Shown here: one piece after another, positions 9,610-18,100 of the stretch
How the letters are laid out: each line of letters begins with the position of its first letter
Position numbering within the stretch: position 1 is the first letter of the stretch
Source of the DNA: an uncultured Chloroflexia bacterium
GTDB lineage: Bacteria; Chloroflexota; Anaerolineae; Anaerolineales; Anaerolineaceae
DNA length: 32,000 nt
Direction of reading: 5' to 3'
Assembly (NCBI GenBank): GCA_963704755.1
Contig: OY969938.1
Coordinates: 690,001-722,000 of the forward strand
Position numbers and translations under genes: made by a program
The notes under the pieces: model-generated
What the model saw: the letters and a program-made list of their open reading frames with translations, nothing else
What the model was told of the DNA's origin: nothing
The model's database searches: none

Positions 9610-9670
9610 GAATCCTCCCGGTTAGTTCAACCCCGGATTTCCGCTTATACTACGAACCCCACTGGATACC

Positions 9671-10363
9671 TCAAGACGCATACGTGCCCGATTCGGCCAA
9701 TTTGAACACGATTTCCAGCACTTCCTCAACGCTGATCCGGTCGGTGTCAATGACAATGGCGTCTTCAGCCGCTTTCAAAGGTGCATGCTGCCGGCTCGAA
9801 TCGATCTGGTCGCGCACCTTCAGGTTGGACAGGATATTATCGTAATCGGCCAATTCACCCCGGTCTACAATTTCTTTATAGCGCCGCCTGGCGCGTTCTT
9901 CTACCGATGCTTCCAGGTAAATTTTCAATTGCGCTTCGGGCAATACAATCGTACCGATATCTCGCCCAACCATGACCACCTGGCCCTGTTGGCCGATCCG
10001 TCGCTGCTGTTCGGTGAGAACTTTCCGCACGCCCGGGTAAGCCGAAACCCTGGAAACGTTGGCGTCTACTTCCGGTTGGCGGATTTTCCAGGTCACATCT
10101 TCGCCATCCATAAATACTGTTTCCAGGCGACCATCGTCAACAGCCGGCGGTTCGATATCGATAGTGATCTCACCGGCCAGCCGGGTAATTGCTGTTTCAT
10201 CATCCACATTCCCCAGGTGCTGTAATGCTGCCAGAGTTGCCGCCCGGTACATCAGCCCTGTGTCGAAATACAGGTAATTCAGCCGGTGCGCCAGGTTTAC
10301 ACCCAGGGTAGATTTTCCGGACGAAGCCGGTCCATCGATGGTGATGATATTCGGTAAATCCAT
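9671..10363 (-). CDS. cmk: Cytidylate kinase
   Basis: ITIDGPASSGKSTLGVNLAHRLNYLYFDTGLMYRA (P-loop plus the cmk signature) and the later GRDIGTIVLP. The track ORF starts at TTG 10381. I prefer ATG 10363 (MDLPNIITIDGP) because AAGGAAAG lies 6 nt upstream. Confidence 0.9.
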   Translation of the reverse strand: MDLPNIITIDGPASSGKSTLGVNLAHRLNYLYFDTGLMYRAATLAALQHLGNVDDETAITRLAGEITIDIEPPAVDDGRLETVFMDGEDVTWKIRQPEVDANVSRVSAYPGVRKVLTEQQRRIGQQGQVVMVGRDIGTIVLPEAQLKIYLEASVEERARRRYKEIVDRGELADYDNILSNLKVRDQIDSSRQHAPLKAAEDAIVIDTDRISVEEVLEIVFKLAESGTYAS

Positions 10364-10401
10364 GCAAACTTTCCTTATCAATTTTCAGGATAGGTGTATT
10401 T

Positions 10402-12117
10402 TTAACTTTGTGAGTTCGAGGTCGTACCGGTTGGGAAAAGATCGGAGCGTACCCATAAAATGATCGAGGTCTTTTCGCTGGGGGCCGTTTTAAACGCAAA
10501 CCAGCGCAGCCATTCTTTCGGCAGTAAGATCGACCAGTTCGGCGCTTCCTCCCAGGTAAAGTCCTGGCCGCTGTATTCCGCCGGTTGAGATAATCCTGGC
10601 TGGTCGGCCGTCACGATCATATCAGGTTTTGCATCTACCGGAAGGGTATCCGAGAAAATAGCATTGCTATCATCCCGCAATACCCAGCGTAAGGCCGGTG
10701 AATCCAACCCCTGGACGACAATCTCGATGGATTGGGGGTCGCTATTATTGCGGGTGCTGATATCCGTTACCGAACTTGTAAATAGATTTTCCTGGCCGAA
10801 AAGCGGATCTGCCCGCCAGATCTGTGCCGCCGGGTCATTTCCCAGGCCGGCCGCTGACCAGGTGGTCGAGAAGCAAAAGAAACTCAAGGCGGCCAAAATT
10901 CCCCAGGACAGGCCTTTCACGGTCATTGGGGTGCCCCACAGGATATAGACCAGAATCCCCGAAATCGCCAGGAGGACAATGGCGATGACCGCCCGGATCA
11001 GGCGTAATTGTATATCTGATTCTCCCTGCATGTTTCCGAAAATGTTCAGAAAGTCAAAAAATAGAAAAACGGTCAGCGCAGCCGCACAAGCTGCGTAGAT
11101 GATCGTTTCGCGGGATTGCTCAGGGTTGTATTCCAACAAATCCGCAAGCTGGCGCGCCGCCAATGCTAACAGCGGCGCCAGGCACCAGACCAGGTCGGCA
11201 GCCTGATGGGCCGGATACACCAGAACGACGACCAGCGCGACCATCCATCCGGTAAAAAGGGCTCGATCTACCAGGGATTCATTGCGGAAACCCACCACGG
11301 ATTGAATCACACCCAGTACCAGCCCAACAGGTTGGTATACGATCAAGGCGAGGATCAAATAAGCAAAAGAGATTCCCGAAGGGCTGAACCAGCCTTTCCA
11401 GAAATTCACAAGTCCCAATCCAGCCGCCGAAATGCCATCCGGGACCAGCATGCCCAGACTGCCGATCGCCAGGACGGTTCCGCCCAGCCATAACAATCCC
11501 TGGCGCCAATCGAAGGGCTGCATTTCCGGCCGATCTTCTCCATCTCTTCCGGTTCCTAACACAAAACGGACAATAAGCCAGGTGATCATGCAGATCAACA
11601 ATCCCAACCAGATAGAAGGTCCGCCCAACAGGGCCAGTCCCAGGCTGACGCCGGCCAGAGCCGTCTTGCGCTTCTGGAAAAAGGCGAACCCTGCCGCCAG
11701 GAAAAGCACACTGAGCATGCGTCCATCCGCGCTTCGCGATACCGCTACCAGGCCCGGATCGATAGCCAGCAGAAAAGCCAGAACCAGGGCAGCCTTTTGG
11801 CCAATTTTTTCGTGGAAGAGCAGCGGAACCAGGCACAGGAGGGTCCCTGCCAGGGCGGGGATCAGCCGGGCCAGAAAAGTCGAGGGACCCAATAGAAAGA
11901 ACAGGGCAGTCGTTCCAACCAGGTATAACGACTGGGCTCCCTGGTACAGGATGGGCTGATGCCGGACCAGCTCGAGCGCCTGCAGTGCCAGTTTCGCCTC
12001 GCTGTCGCCCAGCGGCAATTGTCCCAGCCGTATAAACCGGATCGCCAGCGCGATAAGGAATACCCCGGCATACAGACTCTGTTCGATAGTAATCTGTTTG
12101 TTCTTCATCCTGGTCAC
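10402..12117 (-). CDS. Polytopic GT-C-like / PMT-like membrane protein with C-terminal soluble domain (possible TIGR03663-type companion of YYY proteins)
   Basis: 571 aa with about 12-14 hydrophobic helices. The N-terminal first-loop motif RFIRLGQLPLGDSEAKLA resembles the R-x-x-L...D-E-A loop of PMT_2/ArnT-like enzymes. The ~130-aa hydrophilic C-terminus is probably extracytoplasmic. GTG 12117 overlaps the upstream TGA (GTGA); ATG 12108 is an alternative start. The family assignment is by eye and only moderately secure. Confidence 0.6.
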   Translation of the reverse strand: MTRMKNKQITIEQSLYAGVFLIALAIRFIRLGQLPLGDSEAKLALQALELVRHQPILYQGAQSLYLVGTTALFFLLGPSTFLARLIPALAGTLLCLVPLLFHEKIGQKAALVLAFLLAIDPGLVAVSRSADGRMLSVLFLAAGFAFFQKRKTALAGVSLGLALLGGPSIWLGLLICMITWLIVRFVLGTGRDGEDRPEMQPFDWRQGLLWLGGTVLAIGSLGMLVPDGISAAGLGLVNFWKGWFSPSGISFAYLILALIVYQPVGLVLGVIQSVVGFRNESLVDRALFTGWMVALVVVLVYPAHQAADLVWCLAPLLALAARQLADLLEYNPEQSRETIIYAACAAALTVFLFFDFLNIFGNMQGESDIQLRLIRAVIAIVLLAISGILVYILWGTPMTVKGLSWGILAALSFFCFSTTWSAAGLGNDPAAQIWRADPLFGQENLFTSSVTDISTRNNSDPQSIEIVVQGLDSPALRWVLRDDSNAIFSDTLPVDAKPDMIVTADQPGLSQPAEYSGQDFTWEEAPNWSILLPKEWLRWFAFKTAPSEKTSIILWVRSDLFPTGTTSNSQS

Positions 12118-14723
12118 TTCCCGGCTAAGGCATCGAAAGTAGTGTAATCCGGCGCTTCATAGATTGTCACACTGCTGTTGCCGAATACTGCCGTCAGATT
12201 TGCCTTGAATTTATCTTCGCTAACCCGGTAAGTCGTACGTTCGGTCGGGCCAACATAAATATAGCGTATATTGTAACGCTCGATAATCGTCTTGGTCTCT
12301 TCCCAATTGCTCGTCTGGTAAAGCGTCTGGATATCCGTCGGTCGCGAGCCAATCGCGGTGTTGTTCCCGCGCCATTCGCCTTCGTGACCGGCCCAGCCCA
12401 GCACAGATGGCTCTCCGCTAAAGGTGCTTACGCGGGCGTATTGTGATTGGTATTGCCCGCCGGTCGCCTCGATGACTACACCATAAGGCGCTTTAGCCAG
12501 CCAGTCGAATGCGGCCCATTCATCCGCGGAATAAAATGAGGAGGCGCCATTCAGGGTCAAATGGATCGAATCACCATTCGCTTCACTGATTTTCTCCGGC
12601 AGTTGTATGACCGGATACACAAAGGCCAGCACCAGCGTCACAGATAACAGCGCTTTAACCCACACGGCACGCCGGGTTTTCAATTCTTCCCAGACCACGG
12701 CAAAGCCAAACGCGCCGGCCAGGCTCCACAGAATCCAGGTCTGGAAATAGAACTTGAAGATGGTGTTCATGCGTGTGCCGAAGCCATCCAATAAGTAGAA
12801 ATATTCCGGAAAGAGGGTCAACCCCACGCCCAACAGGACCAGCAGCAAAACAAACCCATCCGGCGTGTTGTTCTTTTCGTCTGTGGCTGCCGGGTTCGCC
12901 GCTTCGCCCGCCTGCGGTATAAATCGCCGGCCGCGCAGTGAGAGCAAGCCCCAGGTCAGCGCCAGCATCACCAGCAAGGTCAGCCAGGTACCGGGACTTT
13001 CCAGCCGGCGCAGAAAGGATTGTTGAAATAATTCCTGCCCGCTGCCCGCCTGGATCTGGAAGAACTGCGCCGCCAGGCTGTTCAAACGGTCTCCCAGGTT
13101 GACGATCGAATTGTTCGACAAATCCATCATCGCCTGGGCCAGTGCGTCACCGGCTTCGATGCCCAACCCGGCCAGGATCATCAGCAGCCACAAGCCGCCC
13201 ACGACCAAAGCCGAAAAACCAAACGCCTTGCCCAGGGCCGGGCGCACGGCTTGTTTTCGCCAGCAATAGATCAGCCAGACGAGCACCGGCACCAGCAGCG
13301 GGGCAAACATTACCCAAAATTGGACCCCGCGTGTGGAGAAAATCATACTGGGCAGGAAACCACCCGCCTGAGAAGAGAAACCCAGGTAAAAAGGCAGGTA
13401 CAGCACTATTCCACAGATAGCCAGCAGCAGCGCCATCTCGACGAATTCGACCAGGCGTTTCCCGCTCCAGCCCAGCCGGCGGAAACGGGTCAAAGTGTAC
13501 ACGGCGCTGAACAGGCCCACATAAATCGGGAAGTCCCAGGTATTGATGAAGGACAGCCCGCCAAAAACGACCGCGCTCAGCCAGAATCCCGGGTCTCGGA
13601 ACCACTTACCCGGAGAAATACCCCCAAATCGTTGGGCCAACCCCCATAGATAAAGATTCAAGGCCAGGGCAACCGCCAGCAGGACAAATGGCATATCCAG
13701 GACGTGCGGGTGCATATCGGCCAGCAGGTATGAAAAGAAGGGAAACTCGTCGATGACCTCTTTATTGCCATCGATCACCTGCGTTTCGCCGTTGACCACC
13801 TGGGTCTGGCCATCGATCAAATTGCGGTCCTGAATGACCCGCGAGCCGGTCCACCAGGAATAATAGCGGTGCGGAATGAAAGTGTACGGCTGGGTGGGCG
13901 GGTCGCGCAGATCGCGGATATCCAACCAGGTCCAGAAGTTGGATGGCGTCTGCCCGGCAGCCGCATCGGTCCACAAGACGCCCTTCGAATGGAGCACGTC
14001 CAGGATGCCGGACATATTCCCGATCAGCAGGATCAACACCGGCGCCAGGAAGGCCCAACCACGTGCTTTTCTTTCCGCCTGGCCGTTCTCCGCGCGCCGT
14101 TTGAAGAACAGGATCAGCAAATTGTAAAGAATACCAAATGCGGCCAGTGCGGTCAGAGCGAACCACAGCGCAATCGCCACGTTGAAAGCCACCGTGGTGA
14201 CCGTGCCGGTCATTCGTACCAGCAGGCTGACGATGACGTAGCCAAAATAGTAATACGAGATCGAATACCCTGAAAGCCAGGGATCCTGCGGTGGGAAGGA
14301 CGGCGAGCGGATGATCGAATTCAGGAAAGCCATTTCCATCGGCTTTTCGGTGTTTAAAATCTCCGGGTTGGCCGCCCGCACCAGCGCCCAAAGCACGAAA
14401 GCGACCGCGAATAGGGCTTCCGCCGTCAAGATCAGGCGGCGATGCGCGCTGATCCAGGCCTTGAATTCCACCCAATTACCGCGCAAACTGGCCAGCGAAA
14501 CGACCGCCAGAATGGCAAGCCCGATCAAAACCCCGCCGGGGTTATTTTCCAGAATGCCCAGCGAGGCTAACAGCCAGAAGGCATAGCCCCACACCAGCAA
14601 GGCCAGCGGCTTGGCCAGGGTATAGCCCCGGTCAGGCAGGAATCGAAGAAAACGGTAGGCCAGCGGAAATGCCAACCATCCGGCAATCAAAACGACCAGG
14701 TACCAGCTTATTATTGCAATCAT
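12114..14723 (-). CDS. Chlor_Arch_YYY (DUF2298 / TIGR03662-type) polytopic membrane protein
   Basis: 869 aa and very hydrophobic. It carries the signature PWLSGYSISYYYFGYV preceded by NTEKPMEMAFLNSIIRS. A second conserved block is IDEFPFFSYLLADMHPH. The C-terminal soluble domain is GVVIEATGGQYQ...IRYIYVGPTER. It is a clear paralogue of the C-terminal half of the 1754-aa neighbour. Confidence 0.85.
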   Translation of the reverse strand: MIAIISWYLVVLIAGWLAFPLAYRFLRFLPDRGYTLAKPLALLVWGYAFWLLASLGILENNPGGVLIGLAILAVVSLASLRGNWVEFKAWISAHRRLILTAEALFAVAFVLWALVRAANPEILNTEKPMEMAFLNSIIRSPSFPPQDPWLSGYSISYYYFGYVIVSLLVRMTGTVTTVAFNVAIALWFALTALAAFGILYNLLILFFKRRAENGQAERKARGWAFLAPVLILLIGNMSGILDVLHSKGVLWTDAAAGQTPSNFWTWLDIRDLRDPPTQPYTFIPHRYYSWWTGSRVIQDRNLIDGQTQVVNGETQVIDGNKEVIDEFPFFSYLLADMHPHVLDMPFVLLAVALALNLYLWGLAQRFGGISPGKWFRDPGFWLSAVVFGGLSFINTWDFPIYVGLFSAVYTLTRFRRLGWSGKRLVEFVEMALLLAICGIVLYLPFYLGFSSQAGGFLPSMIFSTRGVQFWVMFAPLLVPVLVWLIYCWRKQAVRPALGKAFGFSALVVGGLWLLMILAGLGIEAGDALAQAMMDLSNNSIVNLGDRLNSLAAQFFQIQAGSGQELFQQSFLRRLESPGTWLTLLVMLALTWGLLSLRGRRFIPQAGEAANPAATDEKNNTPDGFVLLLVLLGVGLTLFPEYFYLLDGFGTRMNTIFKFYFQTWILWSLAGAFGFAVVWEELKTRRAVWVKALLSVTLVLAFVYPVIQLPEKISEANGDSIHLTLNGASSFYSADEWAAFDWLAKAPYGVVIEATGGQYQSQYARVSTFSGEPSVLGWAGHEGEWRGNNTAIGSRPTDIQTLYQTSNWEETKTIIERYNIRYIYVGPTERTTYRVSEDKFKANLTAVFGNSSVTIYEAPDYTTFDALAGK

Positions 14724-14732
14724 AAAATGGGA

Positions 14733-15101
14733 TTATTTCGCGTCGGGTTCTGGCCAGTGGAAGTCCCCATTTTCTTCGGCGGGGAAAGGCAGCACCCGCA
14801 GCACTGCCTGGGGATAAACCGGGCCATAAATATGAGGATAACTTCCACCGTTCGGGGCTAACTCGTAGCGGACTTCGACCGGCAGGGTTTGCGTATCGAT
14901 CTCCAGCAAGACCAGGCCGTTATTACCATGATAAAACGAATTGGCCGTATCGACAACCTGATTCCGGGTCGAGGCGTGAATGAACCCCTCGCTGTCGAGC
15001 GATGCAGCCCGGTATTCTCCATTATCCAATACCTGGCGCCAGGCCGTCTCTTCCGTGATGTGATAGATCAATCGTTCTCTGAACGCAGTCTCTTGCGTCA
15101 T
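14733..15101 (-). CDS. DUF952 family protein
   Basis: 122 aa. LIYHITEETAW...SLDSEGFIHASTRNQV...LVLLEID...YELAPNGGSYPHIYGPV matches the DUF952 pattern as I remember it (I-Y-H/K-I, GFIH-S/C-S, FPHLYGPL). The ATG overlaps the upstream TGA (ATGA at 15098-15101), and GAGGTG lies 5 nt upstream. Confidence 0.82.
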   Translation of the reverse strand: MTQETAFRERLIYHITEETAWRQVLDNGEYRAASLDSEGFIHASTRNQVVDTANSFYHGNNGLVLLEIDTQTLPVEVRYELAPNGGSYPHIYGPVYPQAVLRVLPFPAEENGDFHWPEPDAK

Positions 15102-18100
15102 TTCAGCACCTCATATATGGACGTATCGCCATCTTGAAAAACTTTCTTCCACAAATCTCCGTCGAGTTGGTCGAACTTGGACAACCCAATCGCGTTGTAA
15201 TAATCCCGCTCGAGCTGGCCAACGACGATGTAACCAACGTTGTATTTTTTCAGAAAAGCCTGGGCAATCTCACGGTTAGGAGTCTCATAAAAATTCTGCA
15301 CTTCGGCCATGCGCTCGCCCACCAGGTTGGAGGTGAGCACGGCCCGCTGTTGGCTCTCATGCACGTCCCATCCGATAATGGTCGGCAGGCCGGTGTAAAT
15401 TGAGAAGCGCGAACCCCAATTGTAGGTCCCGGTACTGGCCTCGACGATCACCGGGGAGCCCTGGACATTCTCCTGCATCCAGCGAATGCCGGCATAGTCT
15501 TCGCTCAAGCCCAACTGACCCCAGGCACTGCTGTACACCGAGGTTTGCATATAGGCCATTCCATCCAGGGTGTGCGGCGCTAAACTGCTCATCCGGTCAT
15601 CGATCTTGGATAAACCGGCCGTAAAAGGATACAGCAAAGCACAAGCCACCAATACCGAAACCGCCCCCGCCCACACCCGGCGCAGGTTCGGGCGCCAGAC
15701 TTTCATCACGGACGGGATCAGCCAGGTGAGACTCGCCGCAGCGCTGATGGCAAACAGCACCCAGGCCTGCAGATAGAACTTGAAGACGGTATTCATTCGC
15801 CCGGCGCCTTCGATGACAATCAGGTCAACCGCCAGGGTCAGGATGTCAGCGGTGCCGATCAGGAACAACACGAACCTTTTTGCATCCGGCATAGCCGGCC
15901 GCAAGAGCAGCACCAGGCACCAGACCGCCAGGGTAACCGTAAACCAGGCAATTCCGATCCCATAGATGGTCAGATAGATGGCAGCAACCAGGTAAGCCGC
16001 CAGACCGATCCCGAGCCAGTTGCGGTACGGGCGCAATTTATTCAAGGATGAAAGCGGCGTACTGGCCATCCAATCGACCGTCTCGCTCACCATCCAGGAG
16101 ATAATCACCGTCAGGAATACACCCCAATGGATTATATATGAGTCAAAGGGGGTCTTTTCGTCGTGGGCCAGGTCGATCTTGTTGTAGCCCAGTGCGTACC
16201 ATTGGGTAAACGGCCGGAAAAGCAAGCTGCCCACCAGGTAGAACAACGCCAGGACACCCAGGGTAATCAACAATTTGCGGGCCCATTCAGGCAGATCGGA
16301 TAGAAAACGCTGGGGCGGGCGGATGTAACGCATGCCACCATAGAAAATCGCCACCCCGCCAATGGCCAGGTAAGTAGGAAAATCCCAGGTATTGGTCGGG
16401 CGCAGCGAGAAAATAGCGAGCGCACCCACAAAAATAGTGGCCAGGAATGGCAGCCAGGCTTTCCCTTTTTCGTCCAGTGACCAGCGCCACTGCCGGAAGA
16501 CCAATCCCAGGGCCCAGGCCAGGGCCAGGATCGTCAACGGCAGGGCGTAGAAGTGCGCATGCGGATCGGCATACAGGAAGGTAAAGTTTGGAAATTCGGT
16601 GATGGCCGAGCCCGGCAGCGCCCGGCTGGGAATCCAGTACCAATCGCCGATCCCATAGGGCAGGCGTGCGCCTTGCAAAACGGCCACCAGGCCCTGGAAC
16701 ATCCAGGAAATCTGGGCGAACAGGCTGCCGCCGTCTATGGATCCGCCCGGCGCGGCCAGGCGCATCAACCCTTGCCAGATCATGCGGATGGTTCCCAGGT
16801 TGCCCAGGATGATGGTGCCCGCGGCGGCTGACAGCCCGCCCATCAAGGGCAGCTTATCTCGATGCAGCCAGGGTTCGGCCAGTTCCTGTTCCGCCGGCGT
16901 GCGTCGCAGGCCCTTGACCAGGTTCCAGCCCAGCGAGAACGCCCCAAAGGCAATCGTCGCCGCGATGGTCGGCATGAACAGGTTATAGGCAATACTGGGA
17001 ACGATGCCCAACCATTTGATCGGCACACCGACCAGCACAAAGCCGTAGTAATAGTAATTGATGTATGAACCGCTGAACCAGGGGTTATAAGGCGGAAAAG
17101 TTGTGCTTTTCAACACCGCGTTGAGGTAGGCAAAATCCATCGGCTTCTCGCCGCCAAAATACGGGTGCCAAAGATCCGGGTTGCCAAAACGCACCCCCAC
17201 AAAAACCAGGAACAGCACCAGCGAGAGGATTTCGACCGTCAGGAAATAACGCTTGCGGCTTTTGATCTCGTCCAGCAGTTCGCCGCGCTGCCAGAAAGCT
17301 AATCCCAGGTTGGCGACCAGCAGAATCAGGAACGCGATTGAAATCGTCAGCCGGCTGAAGCTGATCCCGTTCGAACCGGCGATCCACACCAGCCAGGAAA
17401 GCAGCAGCATGCCAAAAATCCGCGCCAATGGAAAGCCATGATCGGATAGGCCGTGCATGGCTATGCGCAGCAAAGGATAGCAAGCCCAGCCCATCAGCGT
17501 AATGACCAGGTACCAAAAGATCAAGGCCAGGCCGGGATAGCGGTTGAAGAGCGCATTGGTATCGAATATCTGTGACCAGGTCCCACCCGCCTGCTGTACC
17601 GCCAGACGGTCCTCCGGCAGGTCGAGATTGGCCGGATAGCTGGGCGCTTCGCCAGGAATAACGTGCACCACACTGGTCAAATCCACGCTGCCCAGGATGC
17701 TGGCGACCTTCTGAGAGTCGTAATCCGCCGTTTTCTTGAAGATCAGCACCTTGGGATGGTCGTAAACCGTGAAGGCTTCTTCGGCGAACTGGTCGTTGAT
17801 AGTGATCGGGCCAATATTCGGGTAGGATTCGAACACTTTAACCAGTTGGAAGCCCAGGTCGCCCTGGAACATGCCCGGTTCGGCCACCCGGTAGCACCAC
17901 AGCATATCCTGCTCGGCCGGGCAGCCTAACAGGTTGCGATAATAAGTGCTGGTTAACGGGTAGCGTTCCTCGACCCGTGTAGTCGTGCCCCACTGGCGGT
18001 TCGAAGAGATAAAAATGTAGTCGGCGCTGTCCATGGTCGTTTCAAAGCGCTGCAGCTTGGCCTGGTCATCGTCGTAATACATCTCGAAGTTCAGGTTGTT

